Positions 26,101 through 40,900 of a DNA stretch of 64,000 nt are shown here, in pieces. The position numbers and the translations under genes are program-made. Numbering within the stretch: position 1 is the stretch's first letter; every line of letters starts with the position of its first letter. This DNA comes from Balanoglossus misakiensis (taxonomy: Eukaryota > Animalia > Hemichordata): NCBI GenBank assembly GCA_040954595.2, contig CM082578.2, forward strand, positions 11,229,166 to 11,293,165. Direction: 5' to 3'. The notes beneath the pieces were generated by a model. It saw nothing but the letters and a program-made list of their open reading frames with translations, did not search any database and had not been told where the DNA came from.

Positions 26101-29100
26101 GCAATCTGGATCGATAGAAACAAAATACAGAATGACAGTCAAATAAGAAAGAAAGGGTAACCAGGGGATTATTAAGTCGGTGGGTTCTAGTCAGTGTTTT
26201 GTCAAACTTAACACTCACTGACACTCCGGAATCCGACAAGCAAGGAGTGATTGGTTTATGCACCCAAAACACCCTAAACAGATCCGAGAGTTTGCAAAGT
26301 TGCTCAATGATAATTGGGAAGGAGAGATGACTAAATATGATCGGCATTCTCCGTGTCACCATGCATCAGTGTCAACATCAAAGACAACTCCTGGCATTCC
26401 TGTCAGTGCTATTGGAGAATTTTCCGGACCTGGCTCTGATTTCCTGTACAGGAAGGATGTATACACCCGGGCAATGGTGATTTTCAGTGGCAGTCATTAC
26501 AGCCCTATTAACACCAGTTGTTCTCTTTATTTGAAAATTTAATTGACCTATAAAGACTTAAAGACCGCAGTGCATTCTAGTCAATCTGAGAAATCCCCAA
26601 TCACAACCTGTTCCTCGTAAAAAAAATGGCCAAGAAGTGTTGGAATGATCTAAAAGCACGTTTTGAATTTTCACGCGTGATGTGGTACTATCTGATAACT
26701 CAATTACCTGTTGATGTGAATGTTATCTTTTTTAATTGGACTCTGGTACGAGGGGCAGACTTATGTCTTCAGTGTCACATTGTTGCATTTTAGCATCAGT
26801 GTACAACGCAAATGGATGAGAAGGCATCTTCAGGATAGACACTTGACAAGTGTCTGTGATTGCGGTCTTTCTTTCAAATTCCACACACTTTTTAATTTCC
26901 CTGATACACTTGTAAATCACGCAAAAAATTACAAATATATTCATCACCAGTGACTGTGAAGAGATTTGGAACAACTGACCCTAAAGTGTACTTGAAAATG
27001 CAGAGTTTATGAATATGTACGAGTGTGTTGATCCCAACTCTTTTGGTTGTTGAGTTTACGTGCCATGTGACATTAGATGGTGACATGTCGAGCATTGGAA
27101 CCTCCAGATGTATTGGAAGGAGTTCCCTATCTGCAGTGCAGACTCCCAGGACTTGACCACTAATTACAACCCAAATCCAATTAGTCCTGTTTGTGTAATT
27201 TATTCTGGTATAAATTACAATTAACAACAGAGAATGTTGACTAATTGAGGTTCTTCTCCTCCCCTCATTTAGTAAGTCATGGCTGTTTGTTTGACTCTGT
27301 CCCAATGTTGTCTGTGTCAACATCATTCTTGGCAGGGAACATTCCAAGCATAATACCATATTAACCCTTTTGATAACCCTTGAGCTTGAGGGATAAAAAT
27401 AACCAAGTCATTGTGATTTCACGAGTGGTCTGAACTTGGATTGTCCTTCACGGTTCGTTTGAAAACCCTACGGTGGCCAAATTTTTGTGAAGGAATCCAG
27501 CCAGACTTCGGTTCAGATGATTGCGCTTGCAGATTCCAATGCTATGATTACGCATGTTAATCTGTTGGTATTTTGTCCGCTTGACCGTGACATTGATCTT
27601 TGGAGTGCCGTCAATATTTATGACACTGAATCATATTTGAAATTCGCACGTTGCAATTCTGTGTGATATGCCCGTCACGCTGCACTGGACCTTGAGATGT
27701 GAGTGAGCCACTTGACATTGGAAGACATGCAGTGCCACAGCACATGCAGCTGTAACATGTGACTTGAATAAAGCCAACAAACACATATCCATTTCTTCAA
27801 ATATCTGAGATTTACGTATGTATCTGCAGACTCAAGTGGGGGAAAATCTAACTGTGTCTACATGCATGGACTATATTAAAAGCTGACGACTGTGGCATCA
27901 CTGAATATGGCATTTCCCACTTCATAAAAATACCTCAAAAAATTATTTTTAATATATTGTACAGCGTTGCAAGGACATTTCAAACTGGATAGAGTCTATA
28001 GTCACTTTACAGCCATAGGCACTGCAATTTTGCTGTCATTTCAGATAGTTTCAAATAATAAGTTGCTTGCTTCACTAACATAAGTCCAATTTGTCTGATC
28101 TATTATACATAGTCCACCAAAGATAGGACACTTGACCAACAGTGTACTGTAACCAGACCAGGCATATCTATGTTGACCAGCGGTCTGGCCGTGGAGCTGT
28201 TAATGACCCTGCTGCAACATCCCGATGGGTAAGTTTTAAAGTTCCTCAATCATCCTCTTCTATGTACACTCACCTCCCAATTGTATTACTGACGCTTATA
28301 AATGAATTTACCCACTAAAAATCACCTGGAGTATAAAGTACATCGTTGTAGGGTAATTTGACAAGAATTAGTTTCTATCACATGTATCATTGACTATTTA
28401 TTACGGCCGGCCTCCCCTTCCCCTTGGAGCATTTTGAAATGCGATGTGTTATTTGTTGAATACTGAAGGCAATTCCAGACTATGCAGAGCCATTTTGACA
28501 GCACATAAACTCCTAAGGTACTGCGATGCCATCACATATATCACTCTAGTGTGACGCAATTCAACGAGTAAGCATCGACAATTAAAGGGCAAAAATATTA
28601 GTTTGCTTCACACGTCACACATCGTAGCAGCCCCTGAATCTGGAAAACTTCCGATTTTAAGAGAGGATTTTTAGGTTGGGTACTTGTTTGTATTTTCGAT
28701 CAATATTTCATTTAGATTTGTTGCAAATTGTGACAAAACCTTGCAAATTGTGACAAAAGCATCGGTTGAATTTTGTCGGGAGCCTCGATCCTCCTCCTTG
28801 ACCCCTTGACCGTTAAATGGATCATTATTCTGCAAGTAAATCTCGGGGCATGATATTGATATTGGCCTATACAGCTGTCAGAGTTCCCAGTTAATGTTAC
28901 AACGGCTTATAGGTATAAACATCTGCATAACGTGTAAATTTATTCCCGCCCCGGAAACTGTCTCCTCCAGGATTTAGTGGCATTTGCAACTTTAATACCT
29001 GTGAATTAATGACACCAGTGTTGTATAACAATCGGCCGAGTAACCAGAGATGTAAAAATACATTTGAACTCATCAACGCTATATTAACAAAGTCTCTAAT

Positions 29101-30531
29101 GGTAAACACAGCGGGGAGTTGCAGTCTAAATATTTGGCGCATTACGGACGGTGTACCGTTTCCAGATCAGAACACGGCAGATGTCTAAAGTTGTCGACTT
29201 TTATGTTGAGGCTGCCCCGTTTTTAGAACTTGCATGTGGTTGTCAACCGTGTGCGTGGGTGGTTGCCTAAATTGGAAGCTTAGCCATCATGGTCAAGGTT
29301 GGAGGGGGGGGGGTGGCTGAGGAGGGGGAGAGGAGAGAGGTGTATATCGCAGAAAGACTGTGAGGCATTAGCAGACCTCTGTTTAGTTGGCACTGTTTTC
29401 AGATAGACGTCATATAGTTATTTCTATTGGGAGATTTATCGATCCAACTTTTCAAGATGGTCACCGAAATTTACGAGAACTGATGTCCAGCAATAAAAAC
29501 AGGACACATTTTATGCAACAGCCAAATATAAGATTACACACCTCAAAAGTAACAATTGTCACATGTCAAACATATGACAAAGCCATTCAGGTCCAGAGGA
29601 AACTGCTTAGCTGATTAATTTCCCAGCCTGCACCAGGTCAGCAGAGATCATTCATGAAAGTGCCATGTTATGGGTTTTGTTGTGACCAACCAGAGAAATA
29701 CCAATCTGATTCAAATCAGATGTACCAGTAGAGTTGGTTCGATCTTTACAATTTGAATGAGAGAATGCTAATTTTTCTGTGTTTCTGTCTGTCTCTCTGT
29801 CTGTCTGCCTACTTCTCTGTCTGTCTATCTCTGTCTCTCTCATGCTGTTTATTCCTCTATCTCTTCCTTCCTTCTTTCCTTCTCCCCAACCCTGCTCTCG
29901 TTTGTAGGGGATATGCACCAGCTGATACCAGCGCCAAGGATGATCATCTGAGCTGTGAGTTTGTCTCACCACTGGGACTGGTACCCCATCAGGTGAGTGC
30001 ACATGTCTCTTACCTTCTGTCAATAACCACCAATCAAATATGGTGGACAACACAAAGAGCCTTTTTCCTTTAAAAAGCAAACAAGTGTAGCATATTATAA
30101 AACGCGCTGTTTTTGAACACTTTCAGATACGTGGGTTCCTGTCACGTTTCAATCTGGTGCTGCCAGCCAGCTTAGCATTCCATCGATGTACAGCATGTAG
30201 CGAGCATGTCCTACAAGCTTACGAGGAAAGAGGCTTTGAATTCCTTCTGGATGCTTTCAACAACCCGACTTACTTAGAGGACTTAACCGGCTTGACCGAG
30301 TTGCAGAAGGAAACACAAGATGCCGAGGTACGTGTGTGTGCCCCGCCCTCTAAACTTCTTAATGTTTTTATAATGGCTTTGGAACTCAGGAGAGGTGGAA
30401 TTTTACCTGGCATTTTAGAACTTTACATTTCTGCGATGTGAGAATATATAGTACATTTTTTAATTTTCTTTTTTTTCTGTCTGTAGATCTGGGATTTCAG
30501 TGATGATGAGAGCGTTCACTCCATGGATTGA
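20119..30531 (+). CDS. ATG7: Ubiquitin-like modifier-activating enzyme ATG7 (E1-like, ~708 aa)
   Basis: 18 exons: 20119-20272, 20483-20537, 20844-20961, 21108-21185, 21543-21659, 21843-21980, 22110-22198, 22341-22462, 22576-22666, 22929-23073, 23306-23464, 23667-23724, 24034-24170, 25097-25315, 28113-28228, 29908-29992, 30127-30327, 30487-30531. All phases are compatible (2127 nt). Motifs [75 protein letters not shown], catalytic [13 protein letters not shown]-terminal IWDFSDDE. Confidence 0.98.
20985..21033. repeat. (GAAT)n microsatellite
   Basis: About 12 tandem gaat units in ATG7 intron 3. Confidence 0.95.
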
Positions 30532-33500
30532 CTGGCCAGCACGTGAATATTATCGAACGCAGGGACAGTTCAAAATGCGCAATTTAACTGGACAATACAG
30601 CTCGATCTCAATAAAAAGTAGATAGGAGATAATTCAGGACATATACCAAATTTGATATAGTAGACATAAAGTTATATTATAGTATCAGAGGGACAGTTTT
30701 CGTTAATTTATGGATGTCACAACGATGCTGTCAAACAGCATTTCCAAAAAAGTAGACAAAGCTATTTTTATATCTAGTTTCGCTCTGTATAATATTTGTG
30801 CCATCTGAAACAAAGTCCAGATTCCGCGTACTCAATTTCAGCTGTGTCATTATTATACTTTTAAAAATAGAAAAAAATGACTTCTTGATAGCACTGTAGG
30901 GAGAGGGTTTCGTTTCAATATCGGCTTTTGGGCGCGCAACGATGGAATATCAGACCATGCGCACGACATAAATACTGGGGAAACTATCGAAAGCTTGCTG
31001 GATACTGTTTCTGTGATTGAAAATCGTTAAATTTCTCTTCAGGAAGTGCACGCTTTCGTAAAGAGTGTTATGTATAATTTAGTCGGTTGATCGAATGATT
31101 TTTGGAGAGGATACTTTTCACTGAACACGACTCATCAGTTTCCTTGGGTTCCGATTACTTTTTTCCTCCTAAAAATGATCGTGCGGGAAGATCCGGAATG
31201 AAATCAAAGCCTCGCTCGCCAAAAAAATCTCCCGTTTACAGCGCAATCAAGAGAAGAAAACAATTAACACCAAACAGCTAGATCCATTTTTTTCTCAGGG
31301 TGTTCAACTTTCTAGCCTGGAGCAAAACGAGTATCCCGTAACAAACTAGCCTGGCCTAGTGTTTCTTTAGATAGAAGATAGTCGCGTCTCTGTGAGAATT
31401 GTATTGAGTTTTAAATGACATGTACAGGGGAGGGATTTACCTGCACCCCTAATATTTCTCATTATTTCTCTTGAAATACATACTTTTCACCAAAGATTTG
31501 ATAGAAAATTGTGTGTACGTGCTTCTTTGTTTATATACAAAACACAGTCTACAGAAGGTACATGATGTACTTTAAAGTAAAATCGTTCATCAGGGATGTC
31601 TATATCCGTGAAATGCAAGTTATATTTTTAGCGGCTGCACTTTTATGGCACTGTCAGGACAGGAAGCTGTAAAAAATTAAACTGTTTGTATAATCAGTAA
31701 AAGATTTTTTTCTGCTCTAATATGTCAGTATTCCACCTGCAGGAATGTTTATATATTGCCTGGGTTATTGGAAAGTTTGGCCCCGATCACACAAAGTGGG
31801 ACAAGTGGGACATACTCCGTCTTGACCTTAAGAAATGTGACCCACTTTTTTGTCTCTGACCCACATAAAAGCACAGTGAGTTTGTGGACACCAGGGTACA
31901 TTTTTCCAAAAGAAAAATGCTGATGTCTGAAATAACGCCAGCGCTATCAACTGCAAATTTAGGTCAAGGATAATGTTAAAAGCAAAAGAACACTATGCAG
32001 ATACACATGTGCTCTGATATCAGACACTTAGCAAGAGAACCGCAGACAAAATGGCAGTTTCACCAGATAAGACATGACGGGGGCACTGTCTGTCTGTCGA
32101 TTGATCGGCTGCACATGCATGTGCCTGTCATAGCTGATACTTGAACCCTGTCTTAACAGTTGTGATTCTGTGTATATATACCTTCTGTCGTATTTCACCT
32201 AGAATAGCATGGCTGTATCAGATCTGCCCCTGGCCAAAAAATAAAAACATTTCTCGAGCAAATTCTCTCCCAGTTTCGAAACAAATTTGATAGTCGTGTC
32301 GTGCACACAATCTCAAGTGAACCTGAAAAGAAAAGATGGAATACGTGGAGAATTTTGCGCTATTTTTTTGGCGGGAAAGGCTGGCGACAACTCAGCTGGG
32401 ATAGTAATAAGCCGGAATGCCAACATTTTTCACGCATGTTTTACAATGTAATTACCACATTGCGAGCATTCTATAAGAAACATTTCCCTGGGATACACAA
32501 TTTGAAGTATTCAAGTTTCAAGTTGGCCCATTCTGAGAACCAGTTAACAATTTACTAAATTCTGTCCACTTTTGACAGCAGTGTAGTTATATGTGCTGGG
32601 AGCAATTACTTTGTGCACCAACCTGCAGTGCAGCAATATAATGTAGTTATAAAACAAAGCTAATAAAATATGATTGCTTTATCTTCAAGAAACATTCGTG
32701 TCATTGTGCTTTACTTTGTACGACAATGTGAACTGTTGAATACTTTATGAGAGGGTACACAATATATAGCCACTTATGGCATGAGAACCATGGCCGTTCA
32801 CAGACATTAATGCCCTGCCCGAGTTCATTCCAGTTGTCACTGACAATGACATAGTCGAGATAACACAAATATTTCAAGAAATATTTGTGTCATTACCACT
32901 TGTGCTAAAAAAATGTAGAGCAGTGTGAACTCGTGCACATGTATACTGTTCTTGTATTAAAATTATGGCCACATGTGGACATGCACATACATGCATGCCA
33001 GTCATGACAGATCCCTGCAAGCTGCAGTGTGCAAACGTATTCTATGATAGAATGCCACGGGTTACAACTTCAGCAATCATCAACATCATCTTCAGCGGTA
33101 TTCTGCATCAGCCATGCGGTTTCTTGCTGGTAGAGTCTTCTAATTTTACATCTTCCGCCCAAAATGGTGATAACATGTGAAATCATGTTTAGTACTGAAG
33201 TTGGACATACTATAACGCCAAACGGACACTTACTATTCCTGCGATACTGATAACTGGCAAATGCTTTTCACTTCGACATGATTCATAAAAGATTTAAGAG
33301 TTTGGGATGGGCGTCTTTGGTTCAAATATTAACCTCTGTCAAATGCCTTTCTCTGTCGTGTAATTCATAAAAGACTCACAGTTGGCATTGGCATACTTGT
33401 GTAGTTCATTTAGTCCCCTCAGTCACATTTATTTTTAACACGTGTGTGTGTTTTGGGATGCTTTGCACCAGGGCCTCTGTGCTTTCACATAAATGTCACA

Positions 33501-33580
33501 TTAAGTTAATACCATCACTGGTCCTATCAGATGCAGACAATTATACTATAGCTATCAAGTGGAAAATTTCGGTGTGTTTA

Positions 33581-33795
33581 TTAAAGGTATACGGTCACCT
33601 GTGTAAATTTAACCTAAATTTAATTTAATTTAATTGTTACCATGGAAAATTCAAACACAACCAATCACAGATTTCCAGAGGGTGGCACACATAAAAAAAT
33701 GCAGCACCATATGGTCATTTGAACACTTAGACACACACTTTTGATAATATATAGGCATGCATGTATATAAATTAGAGGTAACTGTATGTCTTTAA
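33581..33795. mobile_element. TTAA-flanked MITE (Kolobok-like ends), degenerate
   Basis: Left TTAAaggtatacggtcacctgt; right end reverse complement TTAAagacatacagttacctct. Confidence 0.6.
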
Positions 33796-36700
33796 GAAGG
33801 AATTCAAAATATGTTTGTTTAAATAGTTCACCTGTCTATGGTTAACATTGTTCAAGATTGTCTTCAGCATCCAAAAGCAAGTTCTTAAAATAACAAATTA
33901 GACAGGAGAAATTTCCTAGAGTGTAAACACAAATACATTTTATTGCATATCCAGTGTTGTGCCAACACTAAGGCAAAGACTGGAAAATATAAAGAATATA
34001 TCGACAGAAAAAGTAAACATTCAAACAATTTGTTGCTCTTTGTATTTTTCACTCTCTCTCTCTTGCTTGCTCCCTCGCTCACTCTCTTTCATGCACGTCA
34101 TTTGACAACTTTCTGAAGTAACGAAAGAAAATGTGAACCTTCCCCACATGGACAGACTGACCAAGTGCTGAGAACACACTGAATTTCATCGGATCTTAAA
34201 CCATCACTCAAGACGCACCAACAGATGGACATGCCCAACTGGATGCGACATTCTCCACGTCTGAAAATTTGGCACGACATATTAGATGTCTGAACACTTC
34301 CTAAAGAGTTCAGTTTCTCCAGGCCAATGGCAGTAAAAGGGCTTATTTTCACTCCAAATCGTCAGCCGTGTATACATACATTGTTCAGTCTCCAACATGC
34401 GGGAACGGCCCATAACAAAGGCTTGTTGCCATGGTAACCAGTACTGATTGCATCTTTAATAACCAACACCAAGAATCTCTTAATATTATTTTATATATTT
34501 ACAACGAATGTGATAATTAGTGTGTTTTTTTAATATATATATAATATGTATACATATATTATATATTTTTTTCTTTTTCCCCTTGAATGATAAGCTGTCG
34601 GAGAGTTCACCCAGTTGTGGAAAAAAAAGATTTTCCACCTTTATATGATGAATATATAGGGATGAAAGAGTTTTCAAATCATGACTATTAAAACACTGTC
34701 AACACCATTTTCGGGGAGAATACACCCAGCAGACTGTAACCCTTGTGAAAATTTCCTCACCCTCCTTACACCAAACGTGCATTTTACTTTATATCCCCAT
34801 GCAGTAGCACATATACTTTGTGATCAATTTTATAGTTTCAGCCGAACAAGAAACTGTGCTTGCTACAGAAATTCAAACACAAAATAAAGTGTTACCTTAC
34901 TTCAAAGACAAAAAGCGTATAAGCAAACTTCGTCAATTTTTTTGAATAATTATGTGTTTTTCTTTCAAGACTGATGTCATTTGGTGAAGTATGATCACCA
35001 CCAACTCGGTGATTCTTCAAATACAAAAAAAGGTGAAATTACAGCTCCACATCTAAACAGCTCGTCAATAACACACAACTTTCAAACTTCCTGGGTTACA
35101 TACGACAGGACAAAGATAATGATATAAAATGCTATATCTCTCTTGCAAAAAAACACAATGAACAAAATTATTTACAGATAGACCAACTCTGCCTCGTTGC
35201 TATGGTGATAGAACCTTGCCCAGGTGAAAACTGAAGTCAAAAAATGGTGAAGTGTCTGGAATTTGTCTTCCAGGTGAGCTACAGCAAAGAATCATAAGAT
35301 TTGGTAAATATTTTTGGGGATAAATTTTTGTGATGAAATGTGACCTTATGAACAACTTTCTTTAAAGATGATAGTTTCTGACACAATGATAACAGGACCT
35401 GCTTATATCATTGAATAAAATTTAAAAGATAAATATTAAAGTCAGTGGTGAGAGCCCCAATTTTAAATCAATCAACAGGATGACGGTTCTTATACACGCT
35501 GCATTATCAATGTTGTTTGTTTGTTTGCTTGATTGTTAAGTTTTTCCTCAGAACTTTGACAAAAGCGTAGAGATGACTGACTTAAACTGTGATTTGATCC
35601 GAAGGGATTTTCTATCATAACAATTACAGAGCTATCACAGTAAATCAGTTTTCACTGCAACTAAAACTGAGTCTAATTTGTAGCTCACTGATCAGATTGT
35701 GATATGATACTCACATTTGGATTATCTAAAAGATAGACTGTGTGGGGCTTTTGCAGGGGGGGGGGAGTGACTGACAGGCCATTTAAGAAACACTTGCTCA
35801 TCTGTTCAGCAACAGATGGGCTTAAAATGTGCCACTTCTTGAGCCTGCCTCTGGATCAAACCACAAAATGCCTAAAAACACACTTGAAGCAGCAGCTTCC
35901 TGTTGCCACGGGGACAATCACCACAGAGATTTGAAATGAGGAAGAGAAAATATCGCAATGATTGTACATTTCAGAGAGTAATATTTCAGCGGTGTGAAGT
36001 TGTAGAAGTTGTACAGTATAAAAAAAAGTAAAAGTTACTCAAAAGAGAGCAATATGCAAAGAAAGAAAGTATACATTGTAAATTTAAGTTCATGCAAAAA
36101 CAATATAAATATGCTATCTTTCAACAATATTTGCTGTTACCAAAATACCAGTTCCTGGCATTTATAGTACAGAATTTTTAAGTCCATGCATGTCCTTCTT
36201 TCTCTAAACCAAAGACATTGAATGCAGTGGTGCAGAGTACAGTGAAAAGCAGGTGCCAATATTTACAAAGTTCACTCAGCTGAAGACAAAAAATGGGATT
36301 TTTGTAGCAAACAGCCATGCAGTCTCTCTGAGTCTCGGAAGTTTTGATGGTGACCATGTAATGGGGGGCGAAACAATATTTATTTGTTAGTATGACTACC
36401 GGTATCTCAAACACAATGTTTAAAAGTTTACCAACTTTGTAATAGACAGCATCAGGAGAGTTAACCCCCATGGACATTGACCATGATACATGTACATAAT
36501 GGGCCCACCAGGTTAGGGTAATGGTCTGGTTTGATAAACATCCTCAGGGTAACCGTTCCAGAAGTAGTAATACTCTGATTTCTTGCTTATCACTCAAACT
36601 GTCTGCTGATCAGCAAGTAGAGTCTCCAGAAGGAACACTACTGTCTCTGAAGAAATCTTCTGGAATTTGTGAAAGTGAAATGATAACAAGGCTGGTAAAC

Positions 36701-37948
36701 ATTCAAAACATGCTTCTGTCAGGTATTACATGAGGTATCACAAATCAGCCAATTATGGCTTTGTCACTTAGTATTTTATACCCCTTACATGATCCAAACT
36801 CATCGCAACACAACACATTACGTATCTATAACCACTTTCAATGATGGGGGAGGGGGAGGGGGCACAGCTAGATGCCACAAATATCCCCCCTCCCCACCTT
36901 GTGTCACTTTTCTTCAAGACTGTCTGCATACTCACAATCTCTGCCACTTTCTAGCTAAGAAAAAAAAGTACCTCAGTGCTGGTTGCCAACACAAGCCAGG
37001 TATTATTAATGGCTGGCTTTTTTTTTGAAAAAAAAAGGTAAGAAATGAAAATATTTCTAAATATACATACCAGCATTTCAGTAAAGTATCTAAGTACTAT
37101 AATTCTGTGTCTTCCTTTTTGCGATAATACAGCTCGTAAAAATATGTTAAGCCACACAACTAGACTCTTAATAAAACCTTTGTTTTTTTAAAAATATAAC
37201 AACATGAGTCTGTTTTATAAGAAAAACCTCGTGTTTCAGCGACACATTCTGCCCGTTATAATAAACCGGCGTCACCTTGACAACCACCTTTCCTAGCATC
37301 CGTTCACTCGCAACATCTTGTAATATTATAAGACCACATAAAGGAGAGGGGGGAGGCCGCAAAATGGCGAACGACAACAGTCAATGCTGTAAAACTGGAT
37401 CCTGACAAATAAAAAATCCTTCAACAGAACTCTTGAAATGTTTGATAAAAAGACCATCGATCTTAAATCTCGAAAATGTGTTGTAAACATTTAAATATTT
37501 ATGCCATCTGTAATGTTGACCACTTCAGAGATGATTTTCACCCCAGATTTTACAAGAAAACGAAGAGTGACTTGAGCTGAGCTTGGCTGTGCGCACATTG
37601 CATTGTTGTTGTTTTTATATGACTTCCAATTGATTGCCATCAACACCTGCCTATTTCACAATTAAGTTTTCTAGCGTAAACAAAGAAAGGAAAAAAAAAC
37701 ACGACTGTACTTTCTGTGAAGCATTGGGAACAGTCCAATATATACCTGATGCGGAAATAGCATAGTCCAACCAAAAAAACGTAGAAGCATACAAAGTCAT
37801 GTAAATCTGTTGCCACAGCAACCACAAACTAAAACACCGTTTCTAGGAATTTAGCTGAACAAGCCCTGTACTCAAAAAACCTGAGGCAAAACCATCTCAA
37901 AGTGGTCAAGATTGAAAATAAAACTCTCTATAAAATAAAACAGGTGTT

Positions 37949-40900
37949 TTATATCGACACCATGGATCTTTGTAGATTGACGTGATTGTTTGGTTTCGGT
38001 GACGCCGTCTGCGTCTCGTGGTTTTTGGGTTCTGGGCTTTGCATCTGGTGCCACTTGTCGCCTAGCGCCTGAGCGAAGTGATCGTCGACCGTGCCCGTGA
38101 TGCTGATGGCGTTTGAGGGTTTGGAGGACCAGTATTCTTCTTTGTAGTCCTCCCCTAGACTCCTCCTGAAATGTTCATCGATGGCCGGGTCACACATGCC
38201 TGGGTCACAAGACAAAAACAAGACAAGACGTTACTTAAAACAGTCATTGATGTCAAATAATCAAATGAAAAATAATCATTCAAACTTTACTTTCAACTTA
38301 TCAGTACCCGGTATGTATCTGAGGGGCTCATTTAACCCCAGCCTAACCCGAATGTATCATATTATGGCCTAGCTGACTGGAGAAAACCTCGAGAGGTTTG
38401 CATGATTTAGGCATTTCAGAGGATGATAGCAGTGCCTGCATTATGTCACATGAAACGAGCTCGGGCAGTCTCCACGACTGCATTTAATCTAACTTTCAAC
38501 TCTGCATGTGGATGGAATCTGTGGATGCTGGATCTCTACGAATCGTCAGTAGCTCATTTCCTCCACGATCAATCACAACCTCAGAGCCTCCAATGCTTGA
38601 TTCTCTCAGTCGGACTGGTCACCAGATATTCTCTATCAGTCACGACAAGAGGATTTCCACAACTTGAAAAACCATGCCGAATCAGCTGAACACTGCAGAG
38701 GTGGGATTCCTGGCTGCATCATGGGGCATACATGTTTTTTCGGACATTTCAACCCCTTAATAATTCCAAATGCCCCTCCTTTTAAATTGTCCTTATGGGG
38801 ACACTAATCATTATGTTTCTGTGGCAATCTAAACGTAACACGTACTGCTTTAGAAGTGTACGATGTATCAGAAACAGGGAACCTAACAGATGGTGATCAA
38901 ATAGTTTGTGACATTTTATCTTCAAAGGCTGTGCTGCGCTACGTTCCCTGGGTATCGGCCGGTCGACATCCACAAAGCTCTAAAAAACCTAATCTTTTGG
39001 GGGAATTTCTGAACTGTATCGCAAGTGGGGGGCCCAGCTGACAATCAACAACCGCACAACAGGTCTGTCACCAGAACTTAATACACGATAATCTTGATGG
39101 GAAGAAAGATGAACCATCTCTAGACACTGAAAACATTACGGAACTCATTTGCAGTGTGAACAGGGCCAACCACCACTGAAATCAATCCAGCCAAATCATA
39201 TTGGCAGTGAGTAATTCCAATAACATACTAATAGGCCCTACTTTCATCTGGGATCCTTTCTATTGCACCTAGCATACATGTATTTCTGCCGTTTTTTACG
39301 GAGTAGAGATGACATGCAACTACACAGTATTTTCCCTTACAGAAACTGTTCTATAAAGCTTTAGAGCATTCTATGGAATTCACATTTCTATATGATTCAA
39401 AAGAAAAGGTGTTAAACACTATATAGAAATCTATAGACATCCATAGAAATTCTATAAACTTCTGATGTGGGCTATAGAATTCTATAGATATCTATAGAAT
39501 GCCTTTGTTAGGATTCTCACCTGTTGTGACCTCCTGCCTCGGATTGCTCTTCGCATGTGAAGCCAACTCAGCGCCGCTCCTTGCTGCATTCGTGTTGTTT
39601 TCTCGCACCACCTGTGGCGGGGGCGCGCACGCTATCACCGATGGCCTCATCATCTGCTGTGTGCTGGATGTCATGGTGATGGCCGCGTGATTGTTGTTGT
39701 TGTTGTTGTGGATGGGGGCGACCGCCGAGCCGGTTCTGGGTTCCCCTATGGCCGACTCTGGCAACGTCGTCATGTTGTGCAGGCACTGGCTGTTCGGGTA
39801 TTCTTTGACCGTGGACAAAACTCTGTAAGACAAAAAAACGAAGGAAAGAAGATAAACAGTTTGATAAAGTACTGTCAGAGGCGTACCTCAATCATCTACT
39901 TCAAGCCAGGCCGGGTAGAGCAGAAAACGATTGCCAAATTCAGCTGCAAGCTCTCTCCCCCGAGAAATGGGATTTTCCAGCCTTATCAGTGGATTCGTAG
40001 CGTGACCCGAAGGGGTAACTTGACCTTCGCAAGTATTCGCCACTGTTTACGTTAACTGTGACTTTCTGTGTATTAAACATGCCACTCAGCGATTTCGCGG
40101 TATTCTGTTAAAAGTTCTCAAAATAGCAATGCGATCTTCACCAGTGGCTGGAAGTGGGTTTGATGTCCAAGGGGGCTGGTCAGCGTGAAGTTTTGGCTGC
40201 CTCCCAGAAGATTTTCCACGGATTGGAAAATTCCAGGGATGTTTCAAACTATATTTACACTCCTAGTGTCAAAAGATTTATTGAGTGTCACATACTTTCA
40301 GATGGCGCAACAGATACACAGTATTCAACGAAAATAAGCTTTCTCATGGTTTTTTTTGGTCCGTAAATCTTCCAGTTTTACGTTCAGCATCGTAACAGCA
40401 CGACTAAAATACAGCGAATATCACATTCGTGTCATGTTCTACAAACTGGTCATATTTGTTATGGTGTGCATGTAACATACTGATCAGCAATTCTTTGGTT
40501 CAGACTTGCACTAAAAAGGATTTTTCAAAATTTCGCATGGGATGAACTCAAGCAGTGAAGCATAAGTGACAAAACTGGCAACGAGCTGGATGGCACTCCA
40601 TCAGTGAATGATTGATCCTCTGTTGACTGGATAAGGGCTTCAATTTTAAAGTGGAATGGTGTTGCAAAATATGAACTTTCATCCACTAACGTCAAGAGGA
40701 CAGATGGTCACATGTGTGCAATATCGCTGTCTTCTGGAGTTCTTCCCTCTCGCGTTCAACGTACATGTACAACTCTGCATTAGGCTTTGCATTGACAGAT
40801 TCCAGAGCAATTTACGCCACAAGTCGGGACTTCACGTCGAGGCAGACACCTATAGCTCTTAAGTGAAGGCCATCAATGTTGCATTTTCCTCATTCCCTTT

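Noticed and set aside
25781-26362. 193-aa ORF antisense in an ATG7 intron
   Set aside because: Pyrimidine-biased composition with no recognisable motif; probably a by-product of strand skew.
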